This document shows, one piece after another, positions 21,216 through 31,628 of a stretch of 64,000 nt of DNA; the first letter of the stretch is position 1, and each line of letters opens with the position of its first letter. The DNA comes from an uncultured Puniceicoccaceae bacterium (lineage in GTDB: Bacteria; Verrucomicrobiota; Verrucomicrobiia; Opitutales; Oceanipulchritudinaceae): the NCBI GenBank assembly GCA_963933835.1, contig CAWVVV010000002.1, forward strand, positions 96,001 through 160,000. The letters are read 5' to 3'. A program made the translations under genes and the position numbers. The notes beneath the pieces are model-generated. The model was not told the origin of the DNA and searched no databases. It saw only the letters and a list, made by a program, of their open reading frames with translations.

Positions 21216-21494
21216 ATGCCAGAAGAACTCACCAAAAATCTCAAGGTAACGAGCAAGATGGGCCTCCATGCCCGTCCCGCCGCGATGATTGTGCGGATCG
21301 CAAACAAATACGCGGCCGAGGTCTATGTCGAAAAAGATGATGAGCAAGTGAATGGGAAAAGCATTATGGGCCTGATGATGCTCGCAGCAGGGCAAGGTTC
21401 TACCCTTCGCTTTATGGTCGCCGGGGAAGGCGCTGAGGAGATGCTCAAGGACCTCGAAGAGCTTTTTGAGAGCGAGTTCGACGAGCAGGCTTAG
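21216..21494 (+). CDS. ptsH: HPr family phosphocarrier protein
   Basis: 'GLHARPAA' (His15) and 'NGKSIMGLMML' (Ser46). Confidence 0.93.
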   Translation: MPEELTKNLKVTSKMGLHARPAAMIVRIANKYAAEVYVEKDDEQVNGKSIMGLMMLAAGQGSTLRFMVAGEGAEEMLKDLEELFESEFDEQA

Positions 21495-21510
21495 TCAGCC
21501 CCAATATCTA

Positions 21511-22986
21511 CTACATCGGGGCGATGCGGCCGCGCTTAATCGCAGCCTTCAGGGCGGCAATCGTGATATCGAGGGTACGAATTCTTGCGTGCATTTTCGA
21601 CACAGAGGAAACGAGATTCCAAGGAGCGTTCTTTGTGTTCGTATTTTCCACCATCTCATTCACCGCTTGATCGTAGAGATGACTCTTCTCGCGATTCCGC
21701 CAATCGTCTGGAGTGATCTTCCACTGCTTAATGGGGTTCTCTTCTCTTGCCCGGAAACGCTCGAGTTGGGTGTCCTGATCAATATGGAGCCAGAATTTTA
21801 GAATCACTGTTCCAAAATTAGTGAGCTGCGCCTCCATTTCATTGATTTCCTGGTACGCCTGCTGCCACTCCTTGTTCGTGCAAAAGTCTTCGACGCGTTC
21901 GACGAGCACACGGCCATACCACGAGCGGTCGAAAATGGTAATTCTTCCACGCGGAGGCAGCTGTTTCCAAAAGCGCCAAAGATAGTGGTGCGCGAGCTCT
22001 CGCTCCGAAGGTGGACCGACACCGATGACTTTAAAACTGCGGGGATCAATCCCCTGAAGGAGGCGTTTAATGCAGCCCCCTTTACCTGCAGCATCCGATC
22101 CGCAATAAACGAGTACCACAGGAATCTTCTGCGCATTGATCTGGTGAACAAGCTCATACATCTCCGACTGGCGTTCCTTGAGCATTTGCTTGTACTCAGA
22201 GCGATCCAAGTCCGAAGTCAGGTCGATCTCTGAAAGATAATCTCGGCCAGTGTATGGTATCCACTTATCCCTTACACTCTGTTTTTCTTCTGAAGCCTTA
22301 CGCTTCTCTATCGCCGCGCGAAAACTCTCGATGAGGATTTCGTAGAGACGCTGGGTTCCCTTTTTCAGGTCGTCCGTCTCGATCACAGACCACTCTGCGC
22401 CGGGGTGCTTCGTCGACTGCATCATCGATTCTACTTGAGCGCGGTAGGCGGCATACTGCTCATGCCGCCGCCAGTCCTTTTTCCTCACCCGCCAAGCCGT
22501 CTTTGGATTGTTTTCGAGGGCCTTAAATCGGCGCGCCTGCTCTTTTTTCGAGCTCACGAGAAAGACCTTGATGAGGAGGGTGCCCGCATCGACTTGGTTA
22601 CGCTCAAAGCTCACAATGTCTTTCCAATATTGATCGAGCGTTTTTTCGGGCAAGCCGCCTTCGGCCCATGCATCAAGGACCCGATAGTAGGCACTCCGGT
22701 CAAAAAACTGAACATCGCCCTCGAGAGGGAGGTTGTTCCACATATCCCACAGTAGCGGATGCTCTTGGAGATGTCGTTCACTTGCATGGACAGCGCGGAT
22801 GGAATAAACCCGTGCATCCAGCTCAAGTAGAACCCGATTCAAGACATGCCCCTTACCACTGCCGTCGATGCCTTCGATCACTACAATCGATGGCAACCCA
22901 AGGCCTTTTGCCTCGCGCTGTAGCTCGCCTAATTCGATCGCAAGGTCTTTGGGGCGCTTCGAGGGGGTCTCAACTAGTTCACTCAT
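21511..22986 (-). CDS. Two-domain polyphosphate kinase 2 (polyphosphate:AMP phosphotransferase-like)
   Basis: Two PPK2 domains: 'EGIDGSGKG...FDRSAY' and 'GSDAAGKGG...HYLWRF...FDRSWYGRVLVERV'. Confidence 0.92.
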   Translation of the reverse strand: MSELVETPSKRPKDLAIELGELQREAKGLGLPSIVVIEGIDGSGKGHVLNRVLLELDARVYSIRAVHASERHLQEHPLLWDMWNNLPLEGDVQFFDRSAYYRVLDAWAEGGLPEKTLDQYWKDIVSFERNQVDAGTLLIKVFLVSSKKEQARRFKALENNPKTAWRVRKKDWRRHEQYAAYRAQVESMMQSTKHPGAEWSVIETDDLKKGTQRLYEILIESFRAAIEKRKASEEKQSVRDKWIPYTGRDYLSEIDLTSDLDRSEYKQMLKERQSEMYELVHQINAQKIPVVLVYCGSDAAGKGGCIKRLLQGIDPRSFKVIGVGPPSERELAHHYLWRFWKQLPPRGRITIFDRSWYGRVLVERVEDFCTNKEWQQAYQEINEMEAQLTNFGTVILKFWLHIDQDTQLERFRAREENPIKQWKITPDDWRNREKSHLYDQAVNEMVENTNTKNAPWNLVSSVSKMHARIRTLDITIAALKAAIKRGRIAPM

Positions 22987-23131
22987 GGCAGCTCTACGCT
23001 AGCTATGGTCGCACGGACGAGCCTACGGGCAATTCAAAAAAGCGCCCTGTTCGCGCATCTCGAGGCCTTATCAAAAAAATTCCCCACTTTGAAGGATTGG
23101 CAAAAGCTCAGAAGCGCGTATGTAAACTTAA

Positions 23132-23956
23132 ATGTCGAAGGAAATACATCCGCCAAAAGCATACAAAAACGATGACTTTTTAAACAGCGGTGCAGCACGA
23201 AATATTCGTGTTCTCTGCGAAATGAGTGAGCCCGAGGCGCGCTTCAAAGAAGAGAACATACAGGACACCCTCGTCTACTTCGGTTCCGCGCGCTCGATTC
23301 CTGAAGTAGAGGCTAAGGCCAATCTCGAAGGGCTCGAAAAGGCACTGAAAGACCCTGCAAACCCATCCACAGCCGAAACCGGCGCGATCAGTAAGGCTAA
23401 AGCACAGCTCAAGCTAGCTCCCTACTACGATGCTGCAGTCGAACTTTCCTCGCGAATGACGAAGTGGTCGATTGCGCTGCGGAACCCCCAATTGCGCTTC
23501 ATCTCGTGCACCGGTGGCGGACCGGGAATGATGGAAGCTGCGAATCGCGGAGCCCAAAACGCAAAGGGTGCGAGTATCGGCCTCGGGATTAGCCTGCCCT
23601 TCGAGCAAGGGCTCAATCCCTATGTCACGCCGGATCTAGCTTTCGAGTTTCACTACTTTTTCGTTCGCAAATACTGCTTCGCCTATTGGGCAAAAGCCAT
23701 CGTCGTTTTTCCCGGAGGCTTTGGGACGATGGATGAACTCTTTGAACTCATGACGCTCATTCAGACCGGCAAGATTTCAAAGAAGATGCCGATCGTCCTC
23801 TTTGGCGCGAAGTTCTGGAACGACATTCTCAACTTCGATGCTTTCGTTGAATGGGGTGTCATCTCGCCGAGTGATCTCGATTTATTCAAGATCGTAGATA
23901 CGGTAGAGGAAGCAGAAGAGTTTCTCATCGCAGAGCTCTCCGCTCTCTATCTTTAA
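23132..23956 (+). CDS. LOG family protein
   Basis: 'FGSAR', 'TGGGPGMMEAANRGA', 'PGGFGTMDE'. Confidence 0.93.
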   Translation: MSKEIHPPKAYKNDDFLNSGAARNIRVLCEMSEPEARFKEENIQDTLVYFGSARSIPEVEAKANLEGLEKALKDPANPSTAETGAISKAKAQLKLAPYYDAAVELSSRMTKWSIALRNPQLRFISCTGGGPGMMEAANRGAQNAKGASIGLGISLPFEQGLNPYVTPDLAFEFHYFFVRKYCFAYWAKAIVVFPGGFGTMDELFELMTLIQTGKISKKMPIVLFGAKFWNDILNFDAFVEWGVISPSDLDLFKIVDTVEEAEEFLIAELSALYL

Positions 23957-23986
23957 ATGAAAGACTCGTAAGGAAGAAGCACACGC

Positions 23987-24409
23987 ATGCGGCTTATCCA
24001 GCAATCGGGCGCGATCGTCGGGCTCTCAGTTATCCTAGCTTTGCTGGTCGCTTTCGCCCACCCCAAGGCTCCCTCCGCCCCTTGGCTTACACCGGCAGAT
24101 ACCTACCGCGTTGGATTCGAAGCGCTTGAGAATCTGGATACAATCATCTGGGTCGATGCGCGCACCAAAGCCGCCTACGACAGTGAGCATGCGCCGGGAG
24201 CTATTCATCTCAACGAAGACAATTGGGAAGGCGCTTTCTTTACCCTACTCGAAGGGTGGACGCCCGAACAGACGATCATCGTCTACTGCAATGCAAAGGA
24301 CTGCCATGCGAGTGAAGTCGTCGCTCAGCGCCTTCGCCGTGATCTCGATATTGATGACGTTTACTATCTCGAAGGCGGCGGGGACAGCCTGAAGGAGCTC
24401 CTGAGATGA
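23987..24409 (+). CDS. Exported rhodanese-like protein
   Basis: Signal/TM then 'WVDAR...Y..EHAPGAI', 'VYCNAKDC', 'LEGG'. Confidence 0.85.
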   Translation: MRLIQQSGAIVGLSVILALLVAFAHPKAPSAPWLTPADTYRVGFEALENLDTIIWVDARTKAAYDSEHAPGAIHLNEDNWEGAFFTLLEGWTPEQTIIVYCNAKDCHASEVVAQRLRRDLDIDDVYYLEGGGDSLKELLR

Positions 24410-24807
24410 CCGGGGGCTTAACGATCTTTTGTCGGTTTTTTCTAAGCTTCTTTTTCATCCTTTCGGGTATTGTTAAGCTACTCGACCCCGGACGCTTCTA
24501 TCTCGATGTGAAAGCCTTCGAGCTCTTGCCCTTGAACGTCGCTTATGGCGTAGCGCTATTTTTACCCGTCTTCGAGCTGGTTGCGGCGGCAGCTCTCTGG
24601 ATTCCGCGGCTGCGGCGGGGGGCTGCGGCGCTCCTTGGGCTTAGTATCCTAAGTTTTATGGGGGCACTACTGATGAGTCACTTCAGGGGCCTCAATCTCG
24701 ATTGCGGCTGTTTTGGAGACTGGCTGATCTTTCCGTCGCTCAGCGCTCATATCGCTTTTAATACCGGGCTCGGACTCATGGGCCTGTGGCTTTTGCGAAG
24801 CAAGTAG
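24406..24807 (+). CDS. MauE/DoxX family membrane protein
   Basis: Four TM helices, 'GLNLDCGCFG'; ATGA overlap with the rhodanese gene. Confidence 0.88.
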   Translation: MTGGLTIFCRFFLSFFFILSGIVKLLDPGRFYLDVKAFELLPLNVAYGVALFLPVFELVAAAALWIPRLRRGAAALLGLSILSFMGALLMSHFRGLNLDCGCFGDWLIFPSLSAHIAFNTGLGLMGLWLLRSK

Positions 24808-24808
24808 G

Positions 24809-25333
24809 TGGGCAAAGGATCTGGTAAACAGTGCCGAAAAACGTATCGATCTGCAAAATCAGATTTCTCTCCTTCCGGAAGTAAAGCCACCTCTACCAGA
24901 GCTTGATCCGATGGAAAAGGTCCTCTTGAAATTTTCGCCGCAGTTTCAACGCAAATGGGCAGACCTAGAATTAGCGGCAGAAAACCAGGTCAAACTGAGG
25001 CACAAACTTTCATGTGATGAAAAAATATTGTCAGAAAATCTAACTACACAACTGAACAACTTTGTCGCTGCTCTTGTAAGCTTTGAATCCGCCGCGCTGA
25101 AGAATCCGACGCTGCCCGTTTTTAAACCTTCTGCTGATCCTCAAGCGGGAGACCTCGTTGTCGTTTCAGAAAATGACGATCGATGGACAGAATCGAAGGG
25201 ATTGCTCCCAGACAACTTGCAGCAATACCGCTCCAATAAAGCCCCTGTGAACACACCTCGCTTCTTTTGCCGACTCACTCTGACGCCCGAATCCAAAGAG
25301 CTGGCCGCAAGTCGTGAGAAGGTCTACTTCTGA
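24809..25333 (+). pseudogene. Possible 5'-truncated gene remnant / hypothetical protein
   Basis: Frame of ORF 24911-25333 is open further upstream with no obvious start; lower GC; ends with a 'SENDDRW...PRFFCRLTL' motif. Confidence 0.35.
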
Positions 25334-25857
25334 TCAGAAAAGCGCCGCCACAAATATACAAATGAAGGCGCAAACTCAGGTTCTTGCGCTTGGAGCGTGG
25401 TTTCAAGGCGCCCCAACTCGAACCATTCGCCTCGCTCAATTTCTTCGGGGTGAAGAATAAAGGGGCCTTCGGACTCCGCTTGGTAGGCGCGGACAAATTC
25501 GTTTCCAGTTTCGCGACAAGCGTCGACGCGAAGAACCTCTGTGGGCACACTGCTCAGCTCGATGCCGATTTCTTCGCGTGTCTCTCGCACGACCGCCGCT
25601 CCATAGCCTTCGCCCGCATCCAGATGGCCGGAAGTTGAACTGTCCCAGAGGCCGGGCGCGACGTCCTTGCTCATCGAACGCTTCTGCAAGAATACTTCAC
25701 CTGCTTGATTGAAGACAAAGAGGTGAATTGCTCGATGTAACAGACCTTCACGGTGGACGATCGAACGCAGCTCTTGGCGTACAACGGTGTTTCGCTCATC
25801 GACAACGTCGAACCATTCGTCTCCGACTGGAGCCTTCGGAAACACACACTCGCTCAT
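25324..25857 (-). CDS. NUDIX hydrolase (IDI/YfcD-like)
   Basis: 'HRAIHLFVFN...LQKRS..KD..PGLWD', Nudix box 'GHLDAGE...AVVRETREEIG'. Confidence 0.9.
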   Translation of the reverse strand: MSECVFPKAPVGDEWFDVVDERNTVVRQELRSIVHREGLLHRAIHLFVFNQAGEVFLQKRSMSKDVAPGLWDSSTSGHLDAGEGYGAAVVRETREEIGIELSSVPTEVLRVDACRETGNEFVRAYQAESEGPFILHPEEIERGEWFELGRLETTLQAQEPEFAPSFVYLWRRFSDQK

Positions 25858-25859
25858 CC

Positions 25860-26564
25860 TTACTGCGACGAATCTACCCCGCGGAGGTGTGCATGTGCAA
25901 GCGTTTCGTCCTTTTCAGACACCTTCACGACGATTTCACCTTCCGTCGTATCTCCAATGTAAGGAAGGGCGGCCGACGCTAACAAGGGCAGGTATTTTCT
26001 CAAATCTGAGCTCTCGTCGATCAGACGCATTTGAATCGTCCAGACCTCATTCCCCGAAGTATCATGCGCAATCAAGACCAGCGACTTCTCATAGACTGTA
26101 ACATTATAGGCAATGTTGCGGTAACCCGCGAGCTCACGCCGGGGTGGCACATAAATACTCGTGCGGACGTAACGCACAATTTTGCCGTTTTGGCCGCGCA
26201 CAGGCGTCGAAATTGAGCGAGATCCACCCCGCGAACGGTAGTAGAGCGGCTCCGAACGCAATTCCGTCGTTGTTAAGGGATCAGATACTTTTGCCTGAAA
26301 TGAGACAATGACGTCGGTCTCATCTGGATCCACCGCTAGGGACCAACCGCGCGCCACCAGCGTCTTGGAAATAAGATTTGAGGCCTCTTGATATCGCAGG
26401 CGCGATCCGGGTTGTGAGCCCATTGGCTCCTCCAATACAAATGTCTTTAGCGACTCCGCCTCTGTAGCCGCCAATGCATCGACCTGAACTCGATAGGTCG
26501 TGGTGCAGCCTACAAAAAGGCCTAGAAGAAAACTGGCCCCGGAGATTCGTATCAAATTTTTCAT
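25860..26564 (-). CDS. Lipoprotein (DUF4136-like)
   Basis: Lipobox 'LFVGC' after signal peptide from ATG 26564. Confidence 0.7.
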   Translation of the reverse strand: MKNLIRISGASFLLGLFVGCTTTYRVQVDALAATEAESLKTFVLEEPMGSQPGSRLRYQEASNLISKTLVARGWSLAVDPDETDVIVSFQAKVSDPLTTTELRSEPLYYRSRGGSRSISTPVRGQNGKIVRYVRTSIYVPPRRELAGYRNIAYNVTVYEKSLVLIAHDTSGNEVWTIQMRLIDESSDLRKYLPLLASAALPYIGDTTEGEIVVKVSEKDETLAHAHLRGVDSSQ

Positions 26565-26689
26565 GGAAAACCTTTCAAAGTCTATAGAAGAGCAGCATCG
26601 GACAGACACCCGAACAAACACCTTTTATGAGATCGGCGCAAGCGTCATCGCGATTGCCATCGGCCGGAGGAAGGCTTCTTATACATCCC

Positions 26690-27007
26690 ATGATTCTTTA
26701 TTTGCTACCGGTCTTCGTCTTAACGACGGGGATATTTGGCTTTGGGGCGTATTTTGCCGGCGGCTATGTCTTTGAAGTGACCGCAGCACAGCTCACGCGC
26801 ACCTGCCTCTGGCTCCTCCTTTCCCTTGTCGTTGCGCCTCCCGCCTACTTCAGCGTTTACATGCTCGCGCAGCCCAAGAAAGCAGGCGATCCGCCCGTCA
26901 CGCCGGACGCTGCCGCGATTCCTGCGCTATGGCTAGCCGTCCTCATTATCGGAATCCTTTTCGGACTCTGGCGGGCAAGAGCGAAGCGCCTGCGCGAAGA
27001 CGTATGA
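26690..27007 (+). CDS. Small membrane protein
   Basis: Three hydrophobic helices; ATGA overlap with the next gene. Confidence 0.6.
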   Translation: MILYLLPVFVLTTGIFGFGAYFAGGYVFEVTAAQLTRTCLWLLLSLVVAPPAYFSVYMLAQPKKAGDPPVTPDAAAIPALWLAVLIIGILFGLWRARAKRLREDV

Positions 27008-27705
27008 TCGAGTCCCTCAGCGCAATTGACGGGGCTGGCGCAGCCTTTGTCGCAGGATTAGTTAGTAGCCTCCACTGCACCGCGATGTGCGGCCCAGTCG
27101 CGCTCCTGCTCGCACCCAAACCAGGCGAACACGTCAGTTTCATTACCCTGACCGCCACCTACCAAATCAGCCGAATACTTGCTTTTACTATTGGAGGCCT
27201 GATCGCTGGCGGCCTCGGCATGATCGCATTGAACTGGACCTCACTCTACGAAAGTTCAGCCGCACATTACCTGCCATGGCTCCTCGTAGTCTTTTTTCTA
27301 CTACTTGCTTTCCGCTTTGACCGAATTGGACTCGGATCGAAGCTCGTCGGCGGTTTATGGGGAAAACTCACCCGTCGGTTTTTTAGACTACCAAAGCCGA
27401 TCGCAGCCGCGGCCGCAGGGCTCCTGACACCCTTTCTGCCTTGTGGCCCGCTTTATCTCGTTCTCAGTCTCGCACTGATGAGCCAATCACCTCTAAGGGG
27501 AGCGGAATTTCTGCTCGCATTCGGCTTGGGCACCCTCCCGCTTCTTTGGTTTGCGCAGCATCAATACCACTTTTGGCAGCAACGCATCTCGCCCAAACGA
27601 ATCGATCAAGTCCAACGAGCAGTGGCGCTTGTCGCAGCCAGTGTTATCGGCATTCGTCTTATCCTTTTTGATACCACCAGCACTGGGCTTTTTTGCGGTA
27701 ATTGA
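27004..27705 (+). CDS. Sulfite exporter TauE/SafE / DsbD_2-like protein (cbb3 oxidase maturation-associated type)
   Basis: 'SLHCTAMCGP', 'FLPCGPLY', 'AFGLGTLP'. Confidence 0.88.
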   Translation: MIESLSAIDGAGAAFVAGLVSSLHCTAMCGPVALLLAPKPGEHVSFITLTATYQISRILAFTIGGLIAGGLGMIALNWTSLYESSAAHYLPWLLVVFFLLLAFRFDRIGLGSKLVGGLWGKLTRRFFRLPKPIAAAAAGLLTPFLPCGPLYLVLSLALMSQSPLRGAEFLLAFGLGTLPLLWFAQHQYHFWQQRISPKRIDQVQRAVALVAASVIGIRLILFDTTSTGLFCGN

Positions 27706-29486
27706 TTCTACCTTCCGTGTCTAAAGGTAACCCAATTTCTCTGCCCTGTATCCACTGCGGGACACCGTATTCTCCGAGCAAGCATCTGCCTGAGGGATAT
27801 TGCTGCCACGGCTGCTCCTACGTCCACCACCTCATCACCGACGAAGGTCTGGAGCGCTTTTACGATCTAAGAGGCGAGGCAGTTCAACCCGTCGGCAGTG
27901 TTCCTATGCACGATCAGTCCTTTGAATGGCTTCGTGACAAACAGGCCGAGCTCGAAGCGGATGCTCAAGCGGGTGTCGTTCTTAAAGCCAGTTTCCACCT
28001 TCAGGGCATCTCTTGTGTTGGCTGTGTCTGGCTCATCGAAAAACTCTTTCTCAGGCACGACGGTGCAGTACGGGCGACAGCAGAATCACAACGCGGCGAA
28101 CTCCGTCTACATTGGATCGCGGGAAAGCTCAGCCTCGCCGAGGTGGCCAACGAGCTGCAACGTCACGGCTACCTCCTGAGTCCGGAAAGCACGGTCGCTC
28201 AAAGCGCCTCGCGTGAGCTCCTCACCCGCCTCGCCCTCTGTGGAGCCTTTGCCCTCAATAGTATGCTCTTCACCCTTCCTCGCTACCTCGGGCTGGAAGA
28301 CGACTTCCCTTTGGCGAACCTCTTTTCGCTCCTCACTCTTCTCTTCTCGACGCTAAGTCTCGTCACGGGCGGGAGCTACTTCATGACCCGCGCAGTGCGA
28401 GCACTTCGTCGCGGGGTGATGCATATCGACCTTCCGATCGCACTAGGTCTGCTCTTCGCCTACCTTGGATCGCTCATCGGTTGGTTTTTGGGCGAGGAAC
28501 GCTTTCTCTCCTTCGACTTTGTTGGCGTCTTCACCTTTCTCATCCTTGCTGGGCGCTGGCTACAAGAACGTGCCGTGGACTGCATTCGCAGCCAGATTGC
28601 TCGGCACTATGCTGAACCCAAAGCGGTCACTCGACTTACGCCCCTCGGAGAGGAGCGCGTTCCGCCTCAAGCCCTCGCCATCGGTGATGAAATCGAAATC
28701 GCTCGCGGCGAAACAGTCCCCGCCACTGGCGAACTGGTGAGCACAGAAGCGAACTTTTCCCTTGAGTGGATTAAGGGTGAACCCGAACCGCGCCACTTCC
28801 CTCAGAACAGTGTCGTGCCCGCTGGAGCCGCCTCGCTGGAACGCGCAACCGCTCGACTACGGGTCACCGAGCCCTGGAACGGATCTCTTCTAGCCCAACT
28901 CTTGAAAGCGCCGGAGAGCGCAGACGGCTCCAAAACGATGGAACGCGTCTTGCAGACTTACCTCTCCGTCATCCTCGCTTTAGCTGTGATCGGAGGTTTC
29001 GTATGGGGTTTTCTACTACACGATCCTTTTAGTGCATGGAACGTCGCGCTCAGTGTATTGATCATTTCTTGTCCTTGCGCCCTCAGCCTCGCCCTTCCGC
29101 TCATCGATGAGCTTGCTATCACTCGCCTACGAGCGCGCGGCGTTTTTGTGAAAAACTACCGCCTTTTCGGCAATCTCACGCAGATTCGCAAGCCCGAGGC
29201 GCTCGAAGAGGACGTGGACCTATACATTCTGAGCCATCACCAGCGGGGCATCCTCGACCTAATCCGAGTTAGTAAAATCCGCATGCGCGCTGTCCGCGTC
29301 AGCCTCAGCTTTGCGATCGCCTACAACATCATCGCGGTTGGCTCTTGCCTCGCAGGACATATCAATCCTCTGCTTGCGGCCATCCTCTTGGCGCTCAGCT
29401 CCCTTTTGACGCTCGGGATTGTCCATATTTCCTTCGCGGGAGAACTGGCTTCGACGGACCCGAATGAGGATGGCCATAGCCTTTGA
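27702..29486 (+). CDS. CcoI/FixI-like heavy-metal P1B ATPase lacking the catalytic P and N domains
   Basis: N-terminal 'CIHCG...CCHGC', HMA 'CVGC', TM 'SCPCAL', 'AYN', 'SSL'; no DKTGT or GDGxND; only 594 aa. Confidence 0.8.
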   Translation: MILPSVSKGNPISLPCIHCGTPYSPSKHLPEGYCCHGCSYVHHLITDEGLERFYDLRGEAVQPVGSVPMHDQSFEWLRDKQAELEADAQAGVVLKASFHLQGISCVGCVWLIEKLFLRHDGAVRATAESQRGELRLHWIAGKLSLAEVANELQRHGYLLSPESTVAQSASRELLTRLALCGAFALNSMLFTLPRYLGLEDDFPLANLFSLLTLLFSTLSLVTGGSYFMTRAVRALRRGVMHIDLPIALGLLFAYLGSLIGWFLGEERFLSFDFVGVFTFLILAGRWLQERAVDCIRSQIARHYAEPKAVTRLTPLGEERVPPQALAIGDEIEIARGETVPATGELVSTEANFSLEWIKGEPEPRHFPQNSVVPAGAASLERATARLRVTEPWNGSLLAQLLKAPESADGSKTMERVLQTYLSVILALAVIGGFVWGFLLHDPFSAWNVALSVLIISCPCALSLALPLIDELAITRLRARGVFVKNYRLFGNLTQIRKPEALEEDVDLYILSHHQRGILDLIRVSKIRMRAVRVSLSFAIAYNIIAVGSCLAGHINPLLAAILLALSSLLTLGIVHISFAGELASTDPNEDGHSL

Positions 29487-29527
29487 CAGCTCGGCTTCCA
29501 GCGACGTATAATACATTCGTCGCTCAA

Positions 29528-31628
29528 ATGTCCTCGATTTGCTCTCATAAGGCTTTCTCAAGATCGGTCACGCTTGCCTGTATCGCAGTCGCGGCCGTCT
29601 TTCCCTTGTTGGTTCGGGCAGAAGACCCGCAGGTGAGTATTCACAAGGATGTGAGCGAAACATACCTCCAATGGCAAGGAGTCGATGGCGTCGTTTATTG
29701 GCTAGAATCTGCGAGTGACATGGCGAACTGGCTACCACAGCCCGGCGTGACTTTAGGTCAGCCCGATATCGCGGCCAGTGGATAGCTCGGCTCCTACCAC
29801 ATTTTACCGCCTTACCTCTCAACCGTGGATTCTCGGGGAAGCCTTCGAGAGTGATCCACAGCCACTGGGGTGGTTGAATGTGAGTTCTTCGCAAGAGGCC
29901 TTTTCGAACCAAGTTTGGCCTGCCACAGGCTTCGCGACTCCGGTGAGTCAGATCTGGCAATCGCCTCCCCTACCGCTGCCTTCAGGTGAGTACTTTCGAG
30001 TCGATTTTCAATATCGCGGCAGCGCAACTGCTTGGATCGCGAGCAGGGCCTTCAACTCGAACCTCAATTGGGGGCGCTATCCTTCCAGTCATGCTGACCA
30101 AGGCCAGCTACTTGAAAATGACACTGAAAGCTGGCCCGCAAACAACAGTTGGGCCGACGGTGTTTTTGTTTCCAGAACAAGTAAAGATGCGCTCTCAACC
30201 GCTATTGAGTTATCGGGCCAAGGGAGCGATTTCGATAATGTCGTCGTGACCACTGTCTCCGACGGCGACGCCCTCGCATGGGCTGATCAGGTTTTCGCTC
30301 AAATGCCATCCTTGAGCTACACGCCACCCGCTGGGCGTCATCAATACCTTAATAGCACCCTTTCATTACTACAAAATGGTTCGCCGGTTAAAGCCATTTT
30401 CGTCGGCGACAGCCTTATGCAGGATTCAGCTAACTCTATGATTGATGTTCTGCTAGAGCGCAGGTTTCCGGGAACACGTGTAGAAATCCAAGCAGCAACC
30501 GGACAAGGGACAGGCATCAACAAGTGGGATGATGACATAAGTTACAACTGGCCCGATCAGGATCTAGATCTAGACAATGCCGTGATTGAGCAACGCCCAG
30601 ATCTCGTTTTGCTCGGAGGCATCAGTAACAATTTCACTGATTGGGACACGAGCTTTCGTGAGCTCATCGGGAAAATCCGCACGCGCTCTATCGCCCGTTG
30701 GGGTTCAGCACCCGATATCCTGATTATGACCGGACCGCCTTTCTATAGCCCTCAAGGCACATACAATACAGACCTCGCGACTATCGCCACAGAAGAGGAA
30801 GTCGCCTTTTTAGACCTCTACACGGCCGTCCTAAACTACGCCTCACCCAGCTTCACAATCAGTGATCTGAAACGGGACACCTATCATGCAAACACCTTCG
30901 GGAAACAACTCTTTGGACGCATCCTCCTCGAGTGGTTAGAGCCGGAACCTGCCCCTGCTTTCCACTATGCGAGTTCAGAGACGATCATTCTTGAACAGCA
31001 ATTTTCCAGAAATCCAGAGGGATGGGAACACGCGCAAACTCTTATTCAAAACGGGGAACTGATTGCAGTTGATGACACCCGCTGGTCGCAGGCAGTCCTA
31101 CCACTGGATTCAGAGCTGCCGATGACTGACCGTATCTGCAACTTCTACTGGGAAATGCGCACTGACCCAGATGCAGGTGAGGATGTCAGTGCACTCCACC
31201 CAAAGCTTTACGTTACACGTGAGGAAGATCGTTTTGAACAGATAAGTCTTAACACAATCATACGCGCAGCGTGGTTTTGGCTGTTCTACGTTGATCCTGG
31301 ATTCCTCGTAGACCACCCGCATGAACGCCACCCTCGGGCTATACCGGGTTTCTTTTCTGATGCGCTTACGACCGAGAAGTTTCGTATTCGCACTGAACCT
31401 GTCGATGGCAACACGCTCCTAGCACAGTTCCAATACTATGACTCTGCGACAGAGGATTGGGCTGATTTCACGGATACTTTTATGCCCGAGAGTTCCGTCG
31501 ACATACTCATCGACATCTCGAGTGACCTCGAAGGTTATTCGACGATCCGAGGACTGAATTTCATGTTCCCTCATGCCGTCGTGAGCGTGCAAGCAACAGC
31601 CCTCACTTGGGAGCCAATCGTCCCCTAG
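29528..31628 (+). pseudogene. Secreted SGNH/GDSL hydrolase, frameshifted near 29775
   Basis: Signal peptide and first module in ORF 29483-29785 continue in ORF 29778-31628 ('VDSSAPTTFYRL'); SGNH blocks 'FVGDSL', 'GGISN', 'DTYH'. Confidence 0.72.
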
